From Eledone cirrhosa (lineage: Eukaryota), in assembly GCA_964016885.1 (NCBI GenBank), contig OZ024741.1, forward strand, positions 368,714,001-368,778,000: a stretch of DNA of 64,000 nt, given 5' to 3'. Both the position numbers and the translations under genes were made by a program. A model generated the notes under the pieces. That model did no database searches. It was not told where the DNA came from and saw only the letters and a list, made by a program, of their open reading frames with translations. Position 1 is the first letter of the stretch. Every line of letters begins with the position of its first letter. This document shows, one piece after another, positions 37,001 through 50,100 of the stretch.

Positions 37001-40000
37001 AGATAAATACTTTGAAAACAAGTGAGAAAAAAACAAAAAAACTGAAGTTTAAGTAGCAAGCACTAAATAGTCAAAGGTAATTCCAATATGTTATACAGTG
37101 GAACATCGGTTCACAAATGCCTCTCATCATGAGCAAATTGGTTCACAAACAATTTTTCTGAACATAAAACATCTTTGGTATCAAAAGGTGTCTCAAGTAA
37201 TGAACACGCAAACTGGCAAAAACAGTTAGCAACAAGCTGGGAGTATTGGCAGGATATCATCACTTGCTCTGTAGTTAGTTACTATGGTGATATCTATCTG
37301 TCTTTCACACAGTCTCTCTCTCACTGTATTTCTCTCTCAATATTCCGTATGGGGAAAAATAGTTTCAGTTTACAAACATTTCGGATGACAAACGACCTTC
37401 AACAACAAATTAAGTTCATGAACTGAGGTATATCTAATATAGAAAATAACTGGATAACATGTTATACAATTCTGTTGTTTCACGAATATGTAAAAAAATA
37501 CATCAAGCACATAATACACTAGGTTTCAGGAAAGCAGATTACGAAAAAAAAAAAAAAAAAAAAGAGAGGGAAGAAAAATATGTATACTTCTAATATAAAT
37601 ACTGGTATGAGCATGTGATACATACGGGTAACGAGAGTTGAATAAAACAGTTTTGAGTGCTTAAAGTAAATGGAATTTGTAGAAAGAGGAGACCAAGGAA
37701 AACATGGGATGAAGTTGCGTAAAATGTCCTAAAAATACTGAAACTCACAAAGGAGCTGACACAGGACTGGACAAACTAGCAGCATGTCAGAATACAAATC
37801 ACCCATCTACTAATACAAGCACGGTAACATTCAAAGTAAATATGGTGATTTTATCTATGTTGTATCTAAAAGATATTTGTCTAATTGCATGCATGCCCTC
37901 ATGCGCAGCAAGCAGTGCGTTGAGCCGGTGTTTATCCCGGTTTCATAGCATGAAGCGACTTAGAGAAGGTTATGGCCACTAACTAAACCTTAAAAAAGAA
38001 AACAAAACAGTCATGGATATCTCCTGTGTACTTAATGACAATATAATACAAACAATCCCAAATACTGGATTCTTATGTAAAAATAGAATTTAATTTAAAA
38101 AATGAAATTTACAGCTCTCACCTACGTAGGTTTAGATGGCCTCCTCTAAGTGTTGTTCCATCAAATAGGTTTCTTGCATGTTTTAATCATAGAGCCCCCT
38201 TCCCCCATACCATGTGAAGTAGTGCAAAATGAAGTATCTTGCTCAAGAACACATACTGCCCAGTCCAGAAAGTGAATGCATAACCTTGGGATTGTAAGTT
38301 CAACACACTAACCACAAGGCCACGCAGCTTTACAATTATTATTTAAGTGATTCATTGATTAAATAAACATTCATACCTTCTGAGTTTGTAAAGACAAATC
38401 TAGATTCTTCTTTCTGATCTTATATTTACGAAGTAAGTCATCCCAAGACAGTTGCAGATCCTGGCATTTGTCTTTTATAGACTTAGAAGCAAAGTGGTGT
38501 TCCTGAATGAGTTTTGCTCCAGTAGATAAAACTTTGTCAATAAGGGGTTGATGGCCTTGGATTTCAACCCCCAATTTCTAAAAGAAAAAGAAAAGAAATG
38601 AAATGAAATGAAATGAAACAGTTTTAACTATGGAAGAGGACAGTTTCAACAGGACCACCTTTTTGACTTTCGTTTAAATTATATTTATTTAAAAGAGAAA
38701 AGAGTTATTTTTCATAAATCAAAATACAAGTGAAATTAAAATTCAATTAAAGAAAAATCATTTTAATTCAAATTACAATCTATATATATAAAACTGTGGT
38801 TGTCTGTCTGTCTATCGATTTTTGGCACACATCTCCTCTTAGGATCTCTCACGGAATTGCACCGAAATTGCTATACTTGTACATTGAGCCCTAGCGAAGA
38901 CATCAGAAAAAAAAATATTTCAAATTGACCCACCCTATGTGACGAAATCGAATATAATGTATCGATTTTTGAGCGTAAGTTATCAGTTATTTCCCTTTGT
39001 TCTGTTTACATTGAGCGTCTTACAAAAAAATTACGCTGGCTTTCTCAGCGTTTAAAATGACATTAACACAATACACGAACAAAATTCATCAGTTCGAACA
39101 CTAAGCTTCCGTTTTGCTTCATTTCCATTTAAAAGCATTTTAAAACAATATTTTTACTTGAAAACAAGTCTATTTAAAGACTACGTAAAACAAGCAAATA
39201 TTTCGTCGTTAGGCGTGCAGACAGACAGTCGTGCAGACAGACAGTCGTGCAGAGAGGTGATATACGCGTGCAGACAGACAGTCGTGCAGAGAGGTGATAT
39301 AGGCGTGCAGACAGACAGTCGTGCAGAGAGGTGATATAGGCGTGCAGACAGACAGTCGTGCAGAGAGGTGATATAGGCGTGCAGACAGACAGTCGTGCAG
39401 AGAGGTGATATAGGCGTGCAGACAGACAGTCGTGCAGAGAGGTGATATAGGCGTGCAGACAGACATAACTGATAATTTGGTTACGCTAATGTTTTTCTCT
39501 GCGTTGCAGTGTTTACATTTTCGATCTTTGTTAATAAATAACCAGTGCAGTTTCTATCCCCAGCATCCTCTTTTGTTATAACATTCGGGTTATCGTTATG
39601 TTTTCTTAACTTCATAAGGCATATTGTTGGTTGAGGGAATATTAATCAAAAACACCACATGCAAGTCTGCACAGTAGACACTACAGTTTTTAAGCCAAGA
39701 AAGAAACTTAACATTGTAACTTTAACACAGCTACTGAGCGACCCCGAGCAACGCCGGGCTTTACTGCTAGTTTTCTATAAATTACAATTTGAAAATATTG
39801 ATTCGAGGCAATGTACAATTCTCCTAAGTTCTCCCCACTTTCTTTTTATCATGCCAGTCAGTATTCACTAAAATATTATATCTTAATATCTTATTTTAAT
39901 ATCTGTCAATAATAATTAGACTAGGCATAACTAATAATACCAAAGCACACCAAAAGTTGTCACCAGACTACCCAGATTCATTTTCCACTGCTTGATATTA

Positions 40001-41118
40001 CAAATATAAATTCCCAAGTTGTCTGTCCTATCTTTCTTGACCAGAGTTAGTTTTTTCTCATTAAGAGTGTAATATTAGTTAATTAAAATTTTATGGCTCA
40101 CAACATTAAGTATTTAATCATCTACTTTTATTTATTTATTTTGTTAACTGCATGGTCTGGTCCAGCTAATTAGTAGAGACTCAGCATTTTACCAAACAAA
40201 CCCAATTTAACCCTTTTAATATCAACCCAGCCAAAACCAGCTCAGGTTTTATAATAAAATAATAATGAAAATATTGTGTACAGTGCTCAGGTGCACTACA
40301 ACTCATCAAAAGTGTATGTATAGTACATAGGGTAATGTACAAACGTCAGGAAAATGAACAGTGCATGAGTCATGATATACACGTGTGCATGTGTATGAAA
40401 CAAAAGCATCCATTTTAAAGGGTTTATCCTCCTCCTCCTCTTCACTATCATTATTTAATGTCCCTTTTCCCTGCTAGCAAGAGTTTGACAGGTTTTCCTT
40501 GGCTGAGGGCTTGCATTTCACATAGGTTCCCACTCTACTTAGGGCATTTTATTGGGGCACCAGCACTATGGAGGTTGTTATGTTTTTGACACGACCTATT
40601 TAAATTAAAATCTAAAATAATTTTATATAAGAACCATATGCTAAGTTACTATCTTAGTACTAAAATAATAATTTTAGTAAATTCCTCAAAATTCTTCAGT
40701 AATTAATTGAAATAGAATGTATTTCATTAGAAATATAATCATAAAATGGTTAATAATAAACAATTATTTTAGTTTTTTTTAATTTCTAAAAGAGTATAAT
40801 ATAACATTTTCTTATTAGGTTTTAATTCTTCTCATACCAAACCACCTGAAATTACCCCTGATTCTATGATACAAAGCTTTTTTAAAATGTTTATATTTAT
40901 CTAAAAATCTCCCATCATAATTCGTTTGTTATTCCTCTCTCACAATATTTATCACTCACCATTTTCCTTCAGTTCACTCCATTTTCTTGCAATAAACACA
41001 CACACACACACTATATATATAATTCATTAGCTGATCCCATGAAAATTCCAAGGTTTAATTAGACACACGCATCAAGTATTAAACATCAATATGGCATTTA
41101 AAATGTTTTATTTATAAC

Positions 41119-41176
<58 letters not shown>

Positions 41177-44100
41177 CTCACACATATACATACATACAAG
41201 TAATACAAGTAATATAATCCTCCAGATTTTAAAAAATATTGGCACAACCCCATCTCCTTTCCATAAAGATTTGTTACAGCATGAGATTACAAAAAATTAC
41301 AATTGCTGCAACTACCACCTCTACTACACATTTGCGCACACATCTTTAAGATCCTCTTTTCAACACGACAAAGGTTTTACATGAAATATACAACAATCTT
41401 AATATAATAGATAATTTAAATTGCAGGAGCTGGTGCAGTAATACACCAGCTTCAGCATTCGGTAATCAGAAGAAGGGAGGTAGGAGATTAGAGAGTCACT
41501 CCAGGTAGAGCTACTACTTCTATGAATTGAGAGATCACAGCTCCGTTATTATGGGCATGTGGTTAGAATGTCTCAGGAAAGAATTGCTGGACAGATTTTA
41601 TAGCCAAAACCAACTGGCAGAAGATCTAAGGGTAGACCCTGAGCTACATGGTTGGATAACATCCTTGAACTCGGCTGGTCGCACTTAGGGATCCAGCCGG
41701 ATCAGTTGGAGATGGTTGCTTCAGACAGGACCCACTGGAAGGAGTGTTTGAGGACTGTCCCCACAACCCTCTCAAGAAAAAGAAAAAGAAAAACAAAGAA
41801 AAAGAAAAAAAAAGAAAAAAAGAAAAGGAAAAGTAGAAAAAGAAGGAAAAGATAATTTGAAGAAATAATTGACTTCATTATTCTATTTTTATGACAATTG
41901 AAAAAAAAAAATGTTCCTATAAAATATACCTGATGTTTTGTATGCATATTCTGGGCCTCTAGTAGATTTTTGCCATAATTAGTAGAAGATACACTATGTA
42001 GCTTTTCTTTGATCCACAGAAGTTCATTATCAACATCAAAATTCATTTGGTGCCAGCCATAAGCTTGATTCAGAGTTTGTTTGCGGGAATTAAATTTAGG
42101 CTCCAGGTTTTTAAGTCTGAAATAAAAACAGTTCTAGCTAATCAAATAAAATTCATCCCAATAGTCAGGTTTTAAATAATATTTGAAACACTACAGGTAA
42201 CCAATTTTACATCATAATATTGCAAAAAGAAGAAATAAATTACGTTTGGAATAAAGAAAATGAACTTGTTTATAATCAAATGCATACACATTTCCACAAA
42301 TGTAAATCTGCAAATACTGAACTGCTACTTCCTCCAAAATAATTTGTTAAATTGAAAAAGTTTGTGACACCTCTAGTAGCAACCTGGTGCATTTGGCTAC
42401 CAGCCGCTCTGCTGCCCACCAGGCCAGAAAACGACAAACTATCCACGTGTTGACCACTCTTTGACAGGTTTGTGGTAGAGCCTGTAGAGCGGTGTGCTTG
42501 GCCCCTGGATCACATCCTTGCTTACTGCTATCAGAGCTTGGTTAGCTGCCTGCAGGTGCAAGCCCTGGGAGGTGGAATGGTTGTTCTAGCATGTCTCCCT
42601 CGCCTTCATCCAGCGCAATGTATTCTCCATTGTGTCTGCCGGAATCATGAGGCAGAAGGTAAGTTCATTATAAGAGCCAGCCTTGTTACACACTGTATCA
42701 CACTAAATCTCCCTAAGAACTATGTTAAGGGTACACATGTCTTGATCATACAACCAGTTAGTATGCATTTGTCTGAAAGAGGCTAAAGTATCTTACTTGA
42801 TATTAGCTTCATTTACACTCTGAATAATATTGTTTTTGTTTCTTGGATCAGCTTTAACTAATTCTTCACTGTGGCAAGTCATAGCTTTCAAATTCTCTTC
42901 AACTACAATCTTCTCATTTTCAAGATTCTGAAAGAAAACAGAAATCAAGTTTTCCATGAAAAATAAACAACAGTCCACACTGCCACCCGGCAAAAACCTC
43001 AACTTTAGTCTCGAACCCTTTAGATACCAAACTGCACAGGGTTCTACAATACAAAACTGACCCTGGTTTTACAATACAACACTGCTTTAAAGTGTTTATA
43101 TTTATCTCAAAATTTTCCATCATTTTATATACAAACTGATCCAGACCCCAGTTTAATAAAGAGAAAGTTATTTTATTCTTAAAATCCTAGCAAATTCTTT
43201 TCTCAATATTATTTGATAATCATTGGCAGTGTCTTCCATTAAAAATATAGTAACAGAAGGGTTAAATAAAACAAACAAAAATTGCAAATATTTTTATAAC
43301 ACTGCCCCTGGTTTTGCAATACAAAACTGCTTTAAAGGATCTAAAAACCTTCCAACATAATTTTAAGTATGAATCTTTGTTAAGTTACGTTTCAAACACT
43401 AGCTTAATAATGAGGAAATTAGTTACATTTCTAAATCCTTCTAAATTCTTGATTATTTTCAAAATTATTTGAAACACAGTGTCTTTCATTAGATCGTAAA
43501 TATTCTTGTGAATATATAGTTGACTACAACCAATTCAAGATGATGAAATGAGAAATTGGAAAGTATAACTTACACAGATCACAGATTAAATATCGTCAGC
43601 ATCAATTTATAATTGAAAATATTTAATATTTATCAAACAGTCAAGAAAAAACTACAAACCTGATGTTTCTTTAGAAGATCTTTACAATTGCGGAGATCAG
43701 AACCTACATCTTCACAAGTGACTTTATTACCAAGTTCTGTTATACTAACCTAAATTTAAAAACAAAATAAAAATATTTGTAATACTTGTTTTGGATTATA
43801 TTAAAAAACATTTCCATCCCAGCATCAAAGGAGGTATAAAAATTCTTTTCATTCAACTTTTAAGTTTAATATTTAATCCTTAGTGTGCTGTCGGTGACAA
43901 AATGAACCATAGAGTAATCTCCCCTCAATAAATAATGCAGTGTCAAGGGAAACAACTCGTAAAAAGGTTAAATTAATCTACATATTTGTATATTATGTCC
44001 AAGAAAAATATTTCACTCTGATAAAAGAAACCTTCATTCATCAACTCTTTACAAACACTGGCTTTAAGTAGTCCTATCACATCAGTCTTCTGGCTTTAAG

Positions 44101-47100
44101 TACTTACAACACATCACTGTCTCCTTCTGGCTTTAATCAGTCACATCCCATCAGTGCCTACCCTTTCTGACTACAAGTCCTCCTCTCACAGTACAAATAT
44201 TTGTTGTTGTCCATTACATTTAATCAATATCAAATGCTATTAAATATCCAAATATCGATCGCTCTCTGATAGGCTTCTGGTAGAGCCTGTAGCAGTGGAG
44301 ACTTCCATCATTCCTGCTCACTGTTATCAGAGCAGAGTTGGCTGCCTGTAGGTGCAAGCCCTGGGAGGTGGGGTGGCTGTTCCAGTGCGTCTCTTTTGCC
44401 ATTAAATGCAAAATATTACCAATAAAATCTCTTGACAAGTTTAAAAATATTAACAACATAAACAATAGAATACATTCAGTGCTGGATTTAGTCATCAGTT
44501 AAACAATCTCACAATCCACAGGGACCATAATTATATGACATATATAATTCCAATTTTTGAGACTTGTTAAATTTTTAACAAGCTTTTTACAGCTTAAAGC
44601 ACACCAAGTCTAAATCTGGCACTGAATAAATTTATTAAATTTTAAAATCAAAACTTACTATGGACTCATCAATATTCTTATTGAGAGTTCCTTGCTGTAA
44701 AGCTTGGTCTAAAGTACTGGCTTTGTTTACTGAATTTTTGGATAAATCATTCCATTGTTTATTTACTCGATCCAGAATTTCTTGTATCTCTTTGGAGTTT
44801 TCATGACCTTCACCAAGCATATCCTTTCCATCCTGGCAAAATGTAAGAGATATAAAAATGAGGTATAAGTGATGTAAAGTGGTCATGTAGGTGTGTGTAT
44901 TACAACAAAAAGCAACCAATCCACACTGTAAAGTGGTCGTGTAGGTGTCATGATAAAAAGCACCTAATCCACACTGTAAATGTGGTTGGTATTAGGAAGA
45001 GCATCCAGTTGTAGAAACCAAGCCAGGAGCAGTTCTGTATGAGCAAGACACGGTCAGTTGATCTGGCTTGTCTCAAAGTAGGACAACTTTAACTCCTGCC
45101 AGTGTGGAAAAATGGACGTTAAACAATGATGATGATAAAAATGAGGCATAAGTGATATGAAAATGAAGTATAAGTGATATAAAAATGAAATGTATGTTTA
45201 TTGTTAGACCTCTGTCAGTTCGGACAATGTGTGTTTCAGTTGTTTGATCAACAGAATAGCCTACTCATTGAATTAAATGTTAAAGTGGCTATGCATTGCA
45301 CAAACATCTATATATAGTTCTCAGGGAGATTCAGTGTGACACCATCTATGACTAGACTGGCCCTTTTGAATTTCAAGTACAACTCACTTTTTTCAGCTGA
45401 ATGGATTGGAGCAATAGGAAATAAAGTGTTTTGCTGAAAGACACAACATGCCACAAAGAATTAAACATCGTTTTAGGATTGTGAGCTGAACACCCTAAAC
45501 ACCTAGCATTGCAAGCTGAATACCCTAAACACCTAGCTTTATGAGCTAAACACCCTAACTGCCTTGCATTGTGAGCCAAACATCTAGCAGTGTGCCTTCA
45601 CAAACAAAGTGTGATATAAAAATGAAATTTAAGTGATGTAAAAATAGAGTCACAAAATCAATTTCATCAATAACCTTGGAAATATCTAAGACCTGTCAAA
45701 CCATTACTCAACACTAAAACCTTTTCTGTAATACATGTCATTGTTCCTTTTCAGATTCTAAATCTAACACTTAAGTAAAAAGAAAATATACCCTAACATC
45801 TATAATCTGTTCCTTCAACTTTTAACAGCTTTTAAAGATTATGCTCCTTCAAACTTCGACCTTTAACCAACACTAAACAGTTCCTGAGATGAGATAACAA
45901 AATAGGTTTTATATTCCCCGATGAGAGTCTTTTAGACAGAAACAATTATGAATAAAACACTACATTTAATTCTTTATTCAAATTGTTTGACCATCCAATC
46001 ATTTAAAATTATTGGAAAAATCAATTTTACTAAAGTAAATGAACAAATAATATAAGTCATTTCTTATTCTACATACACAGAAAATTATTGAAGTAGATAT
46101 GGTCTTTAGTTGACATTTTATGTCTGTTTTTCATGCTGGCATGTGTTGGATGGGTTGTCTCAATCTGATATTAGACTGGTTGCGCATATGTTCCATGTTT
46201 GGCATGGTTTCTACATTTGTACACAGAGTAAAAGAGCTTTTCTTTGCTCACATATTTCTGAGATCATGGGGCCAAAGTCCTCAAACACTCCTTCCAGCAG
46301 GTCCTGTCAGAAGCAACCGTCTCCAATCCAGCTGGATCCCCAAGCGTGACCAGCCAAGCTCTGGATGTTATCCAACCATCTTGCTCTGGGGTCTACACCT
46401 GGATCTCCTACCTATTGGTATTGCCCGTAAAATCTGTCCAGCAATTCTAACCACATGCCCATAATATCGGAAAAGTAGCAGCTCTATCTGGAGTGACTCT
46501 CTGATCTCCCAGCTACGCACTTTATTGAGTAAAAGAGTTAACCATTTCAATTTTTCAACCAGCATGTACTATATATAGCTGATGCAAGGGTGGATCAAGC
46601 TTGTATGGGTAACCTGGCTGAAAAATGTTATTGGGACCTAATATAGTAATTATGGTAGCAAAAATAAAAAAAACAAAAATATTTGGTGCCCTTTAAATAT
46701 TGTGTGTCATGTCTACAGCTGAATCAGTTTCCAAAATGCCCTCATCACTGGGTTGATGCACTAGTATTTGAAAAACACACCTTAAATTTGGTTCTTTCAA
46801 TAACAATTACTATTATTGATCACAGTAAAATTTAAAAAGAAAAAAAAATTCCAACATACCTTATTCAGAGACTGAAGCCATTCAGTGTTAGCCTTTAGTT
46901 CAGCTTCAAAAGCCTGATGTTTCAATAATGAAGCTGGTAAATTAGAGGTATCTCGAGGTGAATCTTTAACTGATTGGTCTTTGTTTTTGATCCAATCAGT
47001 AAGCTGAAAGAAATTTGAAAATTTCATTAAAAAAAAGGAATAAATTCAGAATAGGTCTACATAGGTCAGGGACAGGGAAGTGTTTTAAGTAGGAAGACCA

Positions 47101-50100
47101 TGATGAAATTAACTGCCATTCAATGAGGGTATATACTGAAAAGATATTGTCTCTCTAAACCTCATTTTACCAAATATAATTACAAATGTAAATAAATAAA
47201 AAAAATATAAGTGAGCTTTTCTACAAATCATAATTAGTTGAAAAGATAAACATAAAAAAATAAAATCAGCAAAAATATACTCCAATGTGAAGGTTTGCAG
47301 TCCGATGTTTTGCTTCTTTCAGAAGGCCACAGGTTCTTCACCTATGGCCTGGTGTAAGAATAAGAATAACTGTTCCAGCATTGATTCAGCTGCCATATAG
47401 GATTGCCATAATGTTTTTAATGCTTTTCAAGATAGATTTATTAAAACTAGTTGAATGACTAATATAACAACCTCTCTTATTACATCTTTCTTTTAATCAC
47501 ATTCATTTGCAACAATTATCGGCACTGCCTATCTTGCTATCAGCCATACATTTCACCCCAAAGTTTTACCCATAAATGTTGGATCTCTTGGTTCTGACAA
47601 TGAGTGAATTAGCTGTTCAAGCAACAGAACCACCTGCCCATAAAATTAAAGTGAACATTCCACAGACATGTCTACCTTTAATATAGTTCTCAGGAAGATT
47701 CAGTGTGACACAGTGGGGCCGTGGCTGACTCTTTGAATTGCAGATACAACTAATTTTTTTCCATCTGTGTACACTGGAGCAATACATAATAAAGTGTCTT
47801 GCTCAAGGACAATGCGCCACTGGGAATTGAACTCATTATCTGTCATGAGCCATTCACCCTAACCATTAAAGGATGGATATGTTCGTGTCATAAATAAAAT
47901 AGTAAACTTGAAAAGTGTGGAAATTAGTGCAGTTCATTTGTATTGTTCTGTTGATGAAAGTGAATAACCTTAAATCTCCAATGTTGCTTCTTATACCAAA
48001 TATACCATGAAATCATTCAATTGAAAGGTTTCCTCCCCCATTACCCAACCTTACATGTATACTAGTCTGCTCTCCATGCCGTCAATGTTGTCCAAAGGAA
48101 AGGCAAAGGCTGATACAGCTTGACACCAGTGATATTGGAACTCGTTTTTTCCAGTAGAGTGTACTAGAATAATATGAAATAAAATGTCTTGCTCAAAGAC
48201 AACATAGTGCCTGGTCAAGGAATCAAATTCATAATCTCACAATTGTCAGCTCAACACTAACCCCTTCAAAATAGATAAATACTATACTAAACTATAAATA
48301 TTTGTTATTGTAAAATTTATATTTAGCAGTGTTTTACTAAAGACAATGAACAATATTAATATTAATTTTTATGTTAAATGGATGTTGGCATTCACCTCCG
48401 ATGTAGAATCAGTCTCATTTGTAACCACACCTGTGTGTATGTACCTCACATGCTATATAACAAAATCATTTATGTTATCACTTCAACTCACTTGACAGTT
48501 AATAGGGGTCCAAGTGCATTGTTTTACTCTGGGGCCTATAATGCTGTTAAAACAACCCTGTAAATATCCAACTCCTACACTCATTAAGCTCCCTCTTTTT
48601 ATCGCAGGTATCTTTATTGTTTTCTGGTAATGCCCTTTCTCCTGTCTTAGAGGATAGGACAACAAAATACATACATGTATTAACCCTTTTTATACCAACC
48701 AGCCCATACAGCCTATGGGTTCTATGAAATAAAACTCCCCATCTGAAAGTTTTTATTTAAATTATTATCTCCCAACAATTTGATATAAGAACCTTTTGTT
48801 AAGTTACAAACACCATAAATATTCTAGTAAATCCCTGTCTCCATTAAAATACAGTATTTTATCAGAATTACAGTCAAGAAAAGGGTAATCTGCAATGTGA
48901 AGAAATGATAAAAGATGATCTACAGACAAACTACTCACCTCATCAGCATTTCGCTTGAATTCAAGCAACTTCCTAGCCTTTTCGAGGTCATCTGATCGTT
49001 TTGAAGCCTTCTTTTCCACAGCAGCCCGGTGCTGCAGAATTTGCTCCTTACGCTTACGAATACTGAAAGAAATAAAATCAAACTAAGTGCGTGTACCCTT
49101 GCGTGTGATTTAAAACAAAAAAAATTATAATTTCAACATCATACTACAACAATAGAATGAATGGAAACAATATAGGATTAGAGAGGACTCTCCTGTCTGG
49201 CTTAGCATTTGACAATCTCACTAGTGTTGGTTAAATGTACCCAGTCCACTCTGTAAAGGGGTAGTACTGTTATGAAAAACACACTAAGCCGGTTGGCACT
49301 AGGAAAGGCATCCAGCTGTAAAAACCACACTAAATATAGAACATAGTGAGCAAAATTGGTTGCTCCAACTCATCTGGTCTAGGACCATGATAACTCTTCC
49401 AACCCATGCCAGCATGGAAAGAGGATGTAAAATGATGATGAAGATTTTAAAAAATTTGTTTATATCTAATACTAACTGCATATTGAGTCTGAGGGTGACA
49501 AATTGGTTGAGTTGTTAGAACATTGGATAGTTGCTTTGCAGTATTTGTTCTGGCTTTCCAGCATTCAAATTGTGCTGAGGTCAACTTTGCCTTTCATCAT
49601 TTTGTGGCCAATAAATAAAATACCAGTTTTGTACTGGATTTCTTACATTCTCTCTGTGCCTCTATTTCTCTGGAAGAAATGGGCTGTGCCAGGTTTAAAT
49701 GCCCACGACATACCATTTATCATGACAGGCTTCTATGCCTCTATCAGAAATTAGGGGTCTATGACATAGCATATTGAATCTATAATCACATAAATACACA
49801 AACAATCTTTTTCTAATAATAATTCCAGAATCTTTACGTGTTGAAATTTAATTAATTTGTGAATATGTAACTCATTTTCAAACAAATATTTCATCAATGA
49901 ATTGAAATAAGTGAAGAAGTTTAAAATGTTAATTATAAGATAAGGATAAAGATCCCATAACTCCTTGTGGAGTTGTAGAGGCCCCATCACACGGCGTGTG
50001 TAGGACATTTTTAAACCTGGCGGAGCCCAACTTTCTCCAGGCTGAACACAGCCGATTTTTTTTCTATAGAGGAAGAATCAACCCCAGTACTGGACTGGTA

